Positions 1 to 8,880 of a stretch of DNA of 28,047 bases are shown here, in pieces. The notes beneath the pieces were generated by a model. The model saw only the letters and a list, made by a program, of their open reading frames with translations, was not told the origin of the DNA and searched no databases. The DNA comes from Promethearchaeota archaeon (GTDB lineage: Archaea > Asgardarchaeota > Lokiarchaeia > Sigyniarchaeales > SOKP01): contig JABXKD010000037.1 in assembly GCA_013375475.1 (NCBI GenBank), forward strand, positions 6,246-34,292. Direction: 5' to 3'. A program made the translations under genes and the position numbers. Every line of letters starts with the position of its first letter. Positions within the stretch are counted from its first letter, which is position 1.

Positions 1-1398
1 TTAGGGGGAGTGAATGAAGTTGGTGGAAATAAAATCTTACTAGAAGATTTTAATTACGATGTAAAAATCTTCTTAGATTTTGGAATCAATATAAAGGATT
101 TCAATAATTCCTTTGAAAAATACGAGGAACCATCTTCGGTTAAGGATTTAATAAAATCAAAATTGTTGCCTAATACAGAACACCTTTCAATTGAAAACTT
201 ATATACAAATTACGAAGCTAGTAAGAACCCGGAATACAATGATTTGGAAACAAATATAGATGGGATCCTAATCACTCACCCACATAAAGACCATTTTTAT
301 GGTCTTTCATTTATTAACAGAAACATTCCCGTGTATACTGGAGTTTTTACGAAAAAAATCATTTCTGCTTATTATAAATGTTCAAAGGTTTCGATCAGTA
401 ATAATTACGGGGGATTAGAATGGAATCTATTTCGTACTGGAGATGTCCTCGATATCAAAGGATTAAAAATAATCCCAGTACATGTAGATCATTCGATTCC
501 AGCAGCTTACGGATTTATAATTAAAACGTCTAAAGGCAATATTGTTTATACAGGGGACTTTCGTATGCATGGACCCTTATCTGCTATGACTCAAGATTTC
601 TTGCGTGAAATAACAAATGAAAGTCTTGATAAAATTGATATCTTAATCTGTGAAGGGACGCATATTCATAGGGGTGCAATTGAGTCCGAAAATAATGTAG
701 AGAAAAATATAGAACAACTCTTCCTTGAAAATCCTTTTGATTTTTTTATAGTAAAATATGATCGCTTGGACTGGGATCGCTTCAGAACTATTTCTTTAAT
801 TGCTAAGAAGTATGGTTGGAAATTTGTCATTACCGAAAAAGACGCTTATTTCTATTATCTCATGAATAAAGATGAAATCTACGAAAGTATGAGAGATCCA
901 AATATAATCACAGATGATCATATTTTAATCCTCTCTAAAGGCAATGCAAAATATCGATGGCAAGAGAAGATAAGACAAGCGTTACATCGGGAAAAGAAAG
1001 GTTTCCGGTTAATAAAATATAGTGAAATTAGAGATTTAGAAAGCCACTTTTTCTTCTATATTACTTCTCTACAAAAAAATATTATCGAAAAGATTAATCC
1101 AAATCTTAAGGGTGCGTTTATCTCATCTAGCATAGATCCTTATACAGAGGAATACATTGATAACAATAGAACCTTGACTCATTATTTCCGTCGGCATGGT
1201 ATTCCTTCCTACAGAGTGCATGCGTCTGGACATGCAATGCCTCATCATTTAATAAATTTTATTAACTCGGTTAATCCCGAGTATTTAATCCCAGTTCATA
1301 CCGAACATCCCCATTTTTTTAAAACTTTTTTTAAAAATTCTGAAATCAATGTAATTATTCTCGATAAAAATGATAAATTCGATTTGAACCAAAATTAG
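1..1398 (+). CDS. MBL-fold metallo-hydrolase, RNase J/beta-CASP-like (5' partial)
   Basis: Frame is open from base 1 (LGGVNEVGGNKILL, the typical N-terminal strand of this family), so the true start lies left of the window. Motifs: THPHKDH (HxHxDH), DHS, YTGDFR, CEGT, HASGHA, PVHTEH. Confidence 0.85.
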   Translation, partial: LGGVNEVGGNKILLEDFNYDVKIFLDFGINIKDFNNSFEKYEEPSSVKDLIKSKLLPNTEHLSIENLYTNYEASKNPEYNDLETNIDGILITHPHKDHFYGLSFINRNIPVYTGVFTKKIISAYYKCSKVSISNNYGGLEWNLFRTGDVLDIKGLKIIPVHVDHSIPAAYGFIIKTSKGNIVYTGDFRMHGPLSAMTQDFLREITNESLDKIDILICEGTHIHRGAIESENNVEKNIEQLFLENPFDFFIVKYDRLDWDRFRTISLIAKKYGWKFVITEKDAYFYYLMNKDEIYESMRDPNIITDDHILILSKGNAKYRWQEKIRQALHREKKGFRLIKYSEIRDLESHFFFYITSLQKNIIEKINPNLKGAFISSSIDPYTEEYIDNNRTLTHYFRRHGIPSYRVHASGHAMPHHLINFINSVNPEYLIPVHTEHPHFFKTFFKNSEINVIILDKNDKFDLNQN

Positions 1399-1428
1399 AA
1401 ATAAAAAATGGGTTTACTGATAATTAAC

Positions 1429-1557
1429 ATGAAAGAAAAGTGTGTGAAATGCGGAATGATACGTTCGACTAAGGATCTCGTAAATTTAGAAAACCAAGGT
1501 TACATGTGCTTTCAATGTTGGAATAAAAAGCTAAGGGTGAAGAATAAGCCAAAATAA
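1429..1557 (+). CDS. Small Cys4 zinc-finger protein (42 aa; alternative ATG at 1408)
   Basis: Manual translation MKEKCVKCGMIRSTKDLVNLENQGYMCFQCWNKKLRVKNKPK*; CxxC-x18-CxxC. Not in the ORF track. Confidence 0.65.
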   Translation: MKEKCVKCGMIRSTKDLVNLENQGYMCFQCWNKKLRVKNKPK

Positions 1558-1599
1558 AACTAAATAATTTGATAAAAAGAAACTGATAAAACTATTATG

Positions 1600-1815
1600 T
1601 TAGTAAGAGAGTAAATAAGTGTATTTAGTAAGGTCAAATTTCTTGAGTTTAATATCATCCTGAGTTTCTGATCCTTGAGGGATTAATGGTATTTTAATTA
1701 CCCAATCGTAATCTTCTAAATACAGATTATTATAAAAGATATTCTTGTACTTGCACCAATCTAAAAACATACTTATAGACATACTCTCCTTTTTAAGAGA
1801 TGAGACCGTCGACAT
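1600..1815 (-). CDS. Hypothetical protein (71 aa)
   Basis: ORF fills an intergenic gap; ATG at 1815 has GAGGG 5 nt upstream (the track starts at TTG 1827). No recognisable domain. Confidence 0.55.
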   Translation of the reverse strand: MSTVSSLKKESMSISMFLDWCKYKNIFYNNLYLEDYDWVIKIPLIPQGSETQDDIKLKKFDLTKYTYLLSY

Positions 1816-2096
1816 AAAAACCCTCAATATATTTATACTTATTTGAACAACCTTCTGCAGTAAAAAATCTATCGCCTAATTTATATAAGTTTTACCCTTA
1901 ATCAGCTTTCATTTTTAAAGGTAATAGCTTAATTGGAAATACTTGATATCTATAGCATCCATCATATTACTAGAAATTGACATATATATATGTTTCGAAG
2001 TTTTGTTCAAAAGAATGATTAATCAAAATATTAATATGCACATCTTTATATTTATTAAACCAAGGTATTTTTTTAAAAGAGAATCTGATGTATTAA

Positions 2097-4061
2097 ATGG
2101 GCTATGGTTATTTTGGAAAAGTATTGTGGATTGATTTAACCAACGATAGTTTTAAGGAGGAGGAATTATTTGAGAAGAACTATCGTCAATTCATGGGCGG
2201 ATATGGTTTAGGGTGTAAATTATTGTATGAAAGAATGTCTTCGCACATTGAACCCTTGAGTCCAGAATCGTTTATTGGATTTTTTCCCGGTTTATTAACG
2301 AGCACTGCAGCTCCTTATTCAGGGCGATTCATGGTCGTTGGTAAGTCTCCTCTGACAGGAACTTGGGGCGATGCAAATTGTGGGGGAAATTTTGGACCTG
2401 CTATAAAAGCCTGTGGTTACGATGGAATTATGGTTTCAGGGAAATCTAAAGAACCAAAATATCTCTCAATTATAGACGATGATATTAAAATTTTAGACGC
2501 TTCAAATATTTGGGGAAAAGATATTATAGAAACCGAGAAAATTCTTAAAAAAAAGCATGGTAACTCAATTAAAACCGCGGGAATCGGAAAAGCTGGAGAA
2601 ATGCTCTCAAAAATATCGGGAATCGCAAGTGATAGAGGACGAATTGCAGCTCGTTCAGGCTTAGGAGCGATTATGGGTTCCAAAAATCTTAAAACAATCG
2701 TTCTTAAGGGTAATAAGAAAGTTGAGATTTTTAATCGCGAAAAATTTTATGATTTGATAAAAGAGTACAATAAAACCGCTAAGATTAAACCTTTAAACTC
2801 AATGAAAAAATCGTTTTTAAGTCGAATGTTTGGAATGGTGAAATCTATGCGTAGACTTAAAATGGGATCGATCGACGCCCCAAATCTCATGCGAACAATC
2901 TATCGGAATTTTGGAACTAGTATTGGAAATACAATTAGCGCAGAGACCGGGGATTCTCCCATTAAAAATTGGTCTGGAATAGGTATGTACGATTTCCCCT
3001 ATAATAAATCGACCAATTTATCATCAATTAATATTGGTGATTATAAAATAAAAGAATATGGTTGTTTTAGTTGCCCTGTTCAATGTGGAGCAATCTTAAA
3101 CATTCCTGAATTAAATATTGAAGAAATGCATATTCCTGAATACGAAACTTGCTGTGCATTTGGTTCTCTTTTACTTAATAATGATTTACTTTCAATATTC
3201 CAGATTAATGACATTTGCAATAGAGCTGCGATCGATACAATATCCACTGGAGCTACCGTTGCTTATGCAATTGAGTGTTTTGAAAATGGGCTTATAAATA
3301 CAAGTGATACGAAAGGCTTAGAATTAAATTGGGGCAATTCTAAGGCGATTTTGCAGTTAGTTAAAAAAATGATACTTAGAGAGGATATAGGTGATCTACT
3401 AGCTGACGGAGTAAAAATAGCAACTGAGAAAATTGGAAAGGAGAGCGAGTTATATGCAATTCATTCGTTAGGATCAGAGATTCCTATGCATGATCCACGC
3501 TATTTTAACTCTTTAGCTTTTTCTTATGCTTATGATCCGACACCAGGAAGACATACCACTGCCAGTATTGATTTTGCTGATATTGGACCTTATGATAAAT
3601 TTGAGAAAAAGTTAAACCTACCAAAGAAGCGAAATCAAGACGATAATAGAAGGGTTGAAGCACAAGTAATTACTACAGGATTTCATCAAATACTAGACTG
3701 TGCAGGAATGTGTATGTTCTCAACCTCTTTTGGGCCATATCCCTTTATTGATCTTATAAATTCTTTAACAGGTTGGAACAATACTATTGATGAGTATATC
3801 ACAACTGGTCTAAGAATCCAAACTTTACGTCAGGCGTTCACAATAAGAGAGGGGATTAAAATAGCTCAAAATAAATTGCCTGACAGAGTAACGGGAAACC
3901 CTCCCGCGAAAAAAGGGCCGTTAAAAGGTAAAACCATAGAATACAAAGATTTCTATAGAAAGTTTTGCATCAGAATGGGCTGGAATCCAGAAAATGGATA
4001 TCCTTTAGAAAGGACGCTAGAAAAACTAAACCTTGAATTTGTGATCAAAGATCTTTATTAA
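2097..4061 (+). CDS. aor: Aldehyde:ferredoxin oxidoreductase family protein (tungstopterin, 4Fe-4S)
   Basis: GKSPLTG, GGNFGPAIK..GYDG, GLGAIMGSKNLK, CFSCPVQC, EYET, DTISTG, HDPR, distal Cys cluster; 654 aa. Confidence 0.92.
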   Translation: MGYGYFGKVLWIDLTNDSFKEEELFEKNYRQFMGGYGLGCKLLYERMSSHIEPLSPESFIGFFPGLLTSTAAPYSGRFMVVGKSPLTGTWGDANCGGNFGPAIKACGYDGIMVSGKSKEPKYLSIIDDDIKILDASNIWGKDIIETEKILKKKHGNSIKTAGIGKAGEMLSKISGIASDRGRIAARSGLGAIMGSKNLKTIVLKGNKKVEIFNREKFYDLIKEYNKTAKIKPLNSMKKSFLSRMFGMVKSMRRLKMGSIDAPNLMRTIYRNFGTSIGNTISAETGDSPIKNWSGIGMYDFPYNKSTNLSSINIGDYKIKEYGCFSCPVQCGAILNIPELNIEEMHIPEYETCCAFGSLLLNNDLLSIFQINDICNRAAIDTISTGATVAYAIECFENGLINTSDTKGLELNWGNSKAILQLVKKMILREDIGDLLADGVKIATEKIGKESELYAIHSLGSEIPMHDPRYFNSLAFSYAYDPTPGRHTTASIDFADIGPYDKFEKKLNLPKKRNQDDNRRVEAQVITTGFHQILDCAGMCMFSTSFGPYPFIDLINSLTGWNNTIDEYITTGLRIQTLRQAFTIREGIKIAQNKLPDRVTGNPPAKKGPLKGKTIEYKDFYRKFCIRMGWNPENGYPLERTLEKLNLEFVIKDLY

Positions 4062-4114
4062 GTTTCCAATCTTAAAAACCTAACAATCTAATTAAATAAA
4101 ATATTCTTACACCT

Positions 4115-4591
4115 ATGGATTCTGATAATGATATTAAGGAAAACCTACAAGATTATTTGAAAAAGGCAATTTTTAAAGATGCTAAACGGATTAAAAATAA
4201 ATATCCTCCAATTTCAGAAAAAGTTAACGGAATCTCTAAATCCTTAAAGATTAAGGATATCCATGAGATAGGTGGAAATTTAAATAATTTCATTATCATA
4301 ACTACAAAAAACTATGTGAAAAATCCTAAGTTTCGATATTTTTTAGCAATAATGTTAGCTTCTCAAAGTTCTGATCTTTTAGTCAATTTAGCAAAAGAAT
4401 ACAGCAAAAAGAACAACTTAAAATTAATTCAATTTTCATTACATCCTCAACACTTCAGAGTTGGCTTATTTTCTTTAAAAGAAATAGAAAATAAGGATGA
4501 TCTTACAGAAGTAGTCAATTTATTAAAAGAATTCAGAATTCTCTATAGAAAAAATTTAGATAATCTGGGAAAATTAATTGAACATGTATAA
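4115..4591 (+). CDS. Hypothetical protein (158 aa)
   Basis: ATG-initiated ORF between aor and pyk on the same strand; no motif recognised. Confidence 0.75.
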   Translation: MDSDNDIKENLQDYLKKAIFKDAKRIKNKYPPISEKVNGISKSLKIKDIHEIGGNLNNFIIITTKNYVKNPKFRYFLAIMLASQSSDLLVNLAKEYSKKNNLKLIQFSLHPQHFRVGLFSLKEIENKDDLTEVVNLLKEFRILYRKNLDNLGKLIEHV

Positions 4592-4659
4592 TTTTTATTA
4601 CTGGTCATAATATTAATATTAATTATTTTATATTGGAATACAAATTAAATATCGGATTT

Positions 4660-6132
4660 ATGAATAAAATGTCTTTCAGAGATAATACCGTTAAAATTGT
4701 AAGTACTATAGGTCCTGCTTCTAGCTCAAAGCAAATGATTAAGAGTTTAATCGATGCTGGTGTCGATATTTTTAGATTAAATTTTTCTCACGGGACCCAT
4801 AAGGAAAAGGGAGAACTAGTTGAAATGATTAGAGGTGTTGACGATAAAGTTGGAATTATGGCAGATATCCAAGGTCCTAAAATTAGAGTTGGTAAATTTA
4901 AGAACGATGAGGCATACATATTAAATGTTGGACAAGATGTAAAAGTTTTTGAGAATGAGATTCCCGGAGGGGGAGACCAAGATCAATTTGCAATTCCTCT
5001 CGTTGGATTTTTGAAATCTATGAAAAAAGGAAATGTGTTTTTTGTTAACGATGGGATCATTAAAATTCAGGTAAAAAGTAAAGAAAAAGATCATTTGATT
5101 GGAGAAGTAATTGCTGGAGGATTAATAAGCAATAATAAAGGAGTAAACATTCCTTCTGGTGATTTAACTCAAACTGTGCCTACTGAAAAGGATATTAAAG
5201 ATCTAGAATTTATAGCAGACTTAAATCCAGAGTTTGTTGCAATTTCATTCGTATCTAGTGGAGACGATGTTCTCACAGTCAAAAAACTACTTGAAAATTA
5301 TGGAAATGAAGAGATAAAATTAATATCTAAGATCGAACGCCCTATCGCACTCGATAATTTTGATCAAATTCTAGAAGTATCTGATGGGATAATGATTGCG
5401 AGAGGAGATTTAGGTGTGGAAATCTCTCCTGATCAGGTGCCATTAAGACAAAAGGAATTGATTTTTAAATGTAACAAAGAAGGGAAGCCTGTGATAGTTG
5501 CAACCCAAATGTTAGAGTCAATGATTAACACACCAGTGCCAACAAGAGCTGAAGCCAACGATATATTTAACGCAGTTATTGATGGAACCGATGCTGTAAT
5601 GCTCTCTGCAGAAACAGCAGTGGGAAAATATCCCATAAATTCTGTTGAGTATATGAACAAAATTGCAACAACAGCTAGCGAAAACACTCCACTAAGAGTT
5701 CCTGACGATTACGACTCCGATCGATTAACACACACGCAAACGCTTGGTCATGCCATACATGCTCTTGCTCGAGAAATGGAAGAATTAAATTTCAGAGGAA
5801 AAATTCTTGTAATTACAAGAAAAGGCTTTGGAGCAATGATGATTTCCAAATTCCGACCTCCCTTGCCGATCATCGCAATGACACCATCTAAAAGAACTGC
5901 GCGAGAATTAAACCTTATTTGGGGAGTACAACCCATATTTACAGAGAATATTGATTTTTTCAATTTGGATGTAGAGAGTTTAATCGAAGAATCAGTAAAA
6001 TTTGGTGTTGAGACAGGGCACATCGACGAAAATGAGCATGTAATAATCTTGCTAGTATCGAGAAAATTCCAAAAACGTGGAAACCTCGTTGGTCTTTATT
6101 ACGTTGGAGAAATACTTAATCCAGAGACTTAA
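4660..6132 (+). CDS. pyk: Pyruvate kinase
   Basis: KIVSTIGPAS, RLNFSHG, DIQGPKIR, KGVNIP, KIE, GIMIARGDLGVE, ATQMLESM, PTRAE, DAVMLSAETA. Start more likely ATG 4660 or 4669 than TTG 4633. Confidence 0.97.
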   Translation: MNKMSFRDNTVKIVSTIGPASSSKQMIKSLIDAGVDIFRLNFSHGTHKEKGELVEMIRGVDDKVGIMADIQGPKIRVGKFKNDEAYILNVGQDVKVFENEIPGGGDQDQFAIPLVGFLKSMKKGNVFFVNDGIIKIQVKSKEKDHLIGEVIAGGLISNNKGVNIPSGDLTQTVPTEKDIKDLEFIADLNPEFVAISFVSSGDDVLTVKKLLENYGNEEIKLISKIERPIALDNFDQILEVSDGIMIARGDLGVEISPDQVPLRQKELIFKCNKEGKPVIVATQMLESMINTPVPTRAEANDIFNAVIDGTDAVMLSAETAVGKYPINSVEYMNKIATTASENTPLRVPDDYDSDRLTHTQTLGHAIHALAREMEELNFRGKILVITRKGFGAMMISKFRPPLPIIAMTPSKRTARELNLIWGVQPIFTENIDFFNLDVESLIEESVKFGVETGHIDENEHVIILLVSRKFQKRGNLVGLYYVGEILNPET

Positions 6133-6341
6133 CTTTAAATTAGTCTTATAATTTCTTTAAAATATTATTTTTCTATTTCTAGGTTATGTTTAATATTATG
6201 ATATTTGCCCCAAATTTTATTAATCTAATATGATCAATTTTAAATTCAAGGAATCTGAATATAATCTTAATTTTAAATTAAAATTCTAAAAGTAATAGAA
6301 CTATTATATTTAACAATACGAACTAAAGAGGTAGAAAAAAT

Positions 6342-6815
6342 ATGGGAGAAAGTGAATGGAAACACGCCGGATGGGTATCTAGCTTAGGAAAATGGGCTTG
6401 GATAATCTTATTTGTACTAGGTATTATACACATTATAGTTGGGCTCGCCACAGCGATACCATTAATAGTAGCTTGGGAAAATGCTCGAGCTGCTTGGGTA
6501 TTAGCATTTCCGGGAACCCCATTCCCTACACCAATGCCAATAGGGAATTTGATTTGGAATATCATCGGAGCGGTTATATCAATAGTTGTAGCGTTATTCA
6601 TTATAAGACCTAAATTTTCGAAACCATGTGGAGAGAAAGATTGGGAAGCTTTATATGGGTGGACATTAAAATTGGGCGGCGCAAAAGTTCCATGGATGTT
6701 TATATGGGGCATAGTTTATGCGATCTTCGGTTGGTATTCTTGGCCTGCAATATTTGTATTGCTTCCTGCGATAATGCTAATTTTTGCTGGTCCAAGGAAA
6801 TATGAATGGAAATAA
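6342..6815 (+). CDS. Hypothetical Trp-rich membrane protein (about 4 TM helices)
   Basis: GAGGT ribosome-binding motif upstream of ATG; several hydrophobic segments; followed by a T-tract. Confidence 0.8.
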   Translation: MGESEWKHAGWVSSLGKWAWIILFVLGIIHIIVGLATAIPLIVAWENARAAWVLAFPGTPFPTPMPIGNLIWNIIGAVISIVVALFIIRPKFSKPCGEKDWEALYGWTLKLGGAKVPWMFIWGIVYAIFGWYSWPAIFVLLPAIMLIFAGPRKYEWK

Positions 6816-6838
6816 GATTAATAGCAACTAATAAAATC

Positions 6839-6854
6839 TTTTTATTTTTTTTTT
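6839..6854 (+). terminator. Oligo-T archaeal-type terminator
   Basis: Near-continuous T run just downstream of the 6815 stop, between convergent genes. Confidence 0.5.
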
Positions 6855-6878
6855 AATTGTTTAATTATAAAAAATTGC

Positions 6879-7775
6879 TTAAACTTTAATTTTTAACTTA
6901 GTAGAAAGCTCTTTAAATCTCGAGCGTAGCGTTACTTCTGTGACTCCTACGACTTCAGCGATCTGTTTTTGCGTCAATTCTAATCCCTTTATTCTGCATG
7001 CTAAGTACAATGCTCCGGCTACAATTCCTTTAGGGTCTTTTCCGCTCGTTGGAAAGTTCGAAGAAAAAGCGTTCACTATCTTTGTTGCGATTCCCTCTAC
7101 TTCGTTATTTAATTTCAAATCCGCTATATATGCTGGTATCAAAGAGCTCGGATCGGTATTAGGTGATTTTATATTTAATTCTCTAATCAAAACGCGATAA
7201 CATCTTCTAATGTCTTTCTCGTTTTCTGACGACTCATCTAAAATTTCTTGTAATGTACGTGGTATTTTTTTTACTCTGATCGCTAAATAGATACAAGCAG
7301 CTATCATAGAATTAATCGATCTTCCTCGAAGTAGTTTTTTCTTAAAAGCTTCTTTATACATTTTAATGGCTTCAAACCTAATGTGATTTGGAAGGTTTAA
7401 ATTACTGCTTATTCTTTTTAACTCTGTTGTAGCGATAAGGAGATTCCTTTTTTCCCAAGTAATTCTAGTATTCCATTTTACTGCTCTTTTCAAATCTGGA
7501 TCTTTAATGTCCTTTTTATTAATTACGGTCGTTAATCCCATGCTAGGAAGTAAACTTGAAATTGGAGCACCAGTATGCTCCCTTTGACTCTTTTCCTGTG
7601 ATGTATAAGCTCTTTTGTCGCTATGATTTACATCCACGCTTCTCTCACTTACCACTAATCCGCACTGAGAACACACAATCTCCCCTATTTGATTTAAGGA
7701 AATTACACTACCCCCGCATTCAGGGCACATTTCTGTACTTACACTTAAATTCGATTTAACTTCTATTTTATTCAC
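6879..7775 (-). CDS. tfb: Transcription initiation factor IIB (TFB paralog with divergent B-reader)
   Basis: Zn ribbon CPECG..CSQCG, TGAP, two cyclin repeats (LLRGRS..AACIY; SGKDPKGIVAGALYLA), C-terminal HTH TQKQIAEVVGVTEVTLRSR. Confidence 0.95.
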   Translation of the reverse strand: MNKIEVKSNLSVSTEMCPECGGSVISLNQIGEIVCSQCGLVVSERSVDVNHSDKRAYTSQEKSQREHTGAPISSLLPSMGLTTVINKKDIKDPDLKRAVKWNTRITWEKRNLLIATTELKRISSNLNLPNHIRFEAIKMYKEAFKKKLLRGRSINSMIAACIYLAIRVKKIPRTLQEILDESSENEKDIRRCYRVLIRELNIKSPNTDPSSLIPAYIADLKLNNEVEGIATKIVNAFSSNFPTSGKDPKGIVAGALYLACRIKGLELTQKQIAEVVGVTEVTLRSRFKELSTKLKIKV

Positions 7776-7779
7776 CTTA

Positions 7780-8793
7780 TTATAATCCTGTTGCTTTTAA
7801 TTGTTCTAGCAATTCTTTTTGCTTTTTGCTCGTTTTCTTTGGAATTTTTATTTTTACCCTTACTAACTGGTTCCCTCTCTCCTCAGAGTTTAACTTATGA
7901 AAACCTTTATCTTTTAATCTCAATACTGTCGAATCTTTTGTTCCCGCGGGAACGGTGACATTAATAGTTTTTTCTATTCCCGGAACCTCAATTTTACCAC
8001 CTAGTGTAGCAGTCGTAAATGGAATTTCATGATCGACATAAATATCATCGTTATCCCTTTCAAATAAGTTATGATCTTTTACATGGATTGCTATATAAAG
8101 ATCTCCTGGTGAACCCCCATTTTCGCCGGGCATTCCTTTTCCTTTAAGTCTAAGTTTTTGATCGTTTCTGACACCTCGAGGAATAGTGATTGTTAAAGTT
8201 TGATTTGATCCAGTTGCTGGATCTCTGTATTGAACTTGTTTTTTCCCTCCATTGAATGCATCCATAAAACTAATTTCCATATCGTATCTTAAGTCTTCGC
8301 CTTCTCTCGGAAAATCTTGTTGTCTCGTGGACCTTGCTCTCGTGCTTCCTCCTCTATTAGAAAAAACATCAAAAATATCTCCTAAATCATTAAAAAAGTC
8401 GTAATTACCCGATGATTGTCTTCTGTTAGAGGTTCGAGAGTTGCCAAAAATTTCGCTAAAATCAAAATTTCCTGGAGCTCCAGAGGTTGAATAATAATAT
8501 GTACTTCCATCGGGACCTTGACGCACCCTTCCTCCTCCCGGTACCCCACCCGTTTGTTGATATGTTGAAGCGTCTCCTTCTACAACTCCAAACTTATCGT
8601 ACATTTCTCTTTTTTTATCATCACTTAAAAGGCTATAAGCCTCATTAATTTCTTTGAATTTCTCTCCCGATTTTCCCTCGTCAGGATTCACATCGGGATG
8701 ATATTTTCGTGCTAATTTTCGAAATGCTCTTTTAATTTCTTCCTTGGACGCGCCTTTCTCTATTCCTAGCACTTTATAATAATCTTTTGCCAT
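7780..8793 (-). CDS. dnaJ: DnaJ class B (CbpA-like) co-chaperone
   Basis: J-domain [21 protein letters not shown]-rich linker, C-terminal peptide-binding domains; no CxxCxGxG zinc finger. Confidence 0.93.
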   Translation of the reverse strand: MAKDYYKVLGIEKGASKEEIKRAFRKLARKYHPDVNPDEGKSGEKFKEINEAYSLLSDDKKREMYDKFGVVEGDASTYQQTGGVPGGGRVRQGPDGSTYYYSTSGAPGNFDFSEIFGNSRTSNRRQSSGNYDFFNDLGDIFDVFSNRGGSTRARSTRQQDFPREGEDLRYDMEISFMDAFNGGKKQVQYRDPATGSNQTLTITIPRGVRNDQKLRLKGKGMPGENGGSPGDLYIAIHVKDHNLFERDNDDIYVDHEIPFTTATLGGKIEVPGIEKTINVTVPAGTKDSTVLRLKDKGFHKLNSEERGNQLVRVKIKIPKKTSKKQKELLEQLKATGL

Positions 8794-8821
8794 AATTTTT
8801 AACTCCTTTTAATCTTAATTT

Positions 8822-8870
8822 ATAGAAATAAAAAATAAAAAATATAAAATAAAAAATATTAAAAAAAATT
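8822..8870 (-). terminator. T-rich terminator/attenuator between dnaK and dnaJ
   Basis: Minus strand reads as repeated T4-T8 runs starting about 12 nt after the dnaK stop. Confidence 0.45.
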
Positions 8871-8880
8871 CTATCTAAAC

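Noticed and set aside
10-12. GTG at 10 (and ATG at 28040) as true starts
   Set aside because: Conserved family residues continue upstream to the window edges, so both genes are truncated by the window.
1943-2134. 63-aa ORF overlapping the aor start
   Set aside because: TTG start, low-complexity AT-rich translation, covers the aor promoter and overlaps aor out of frame.
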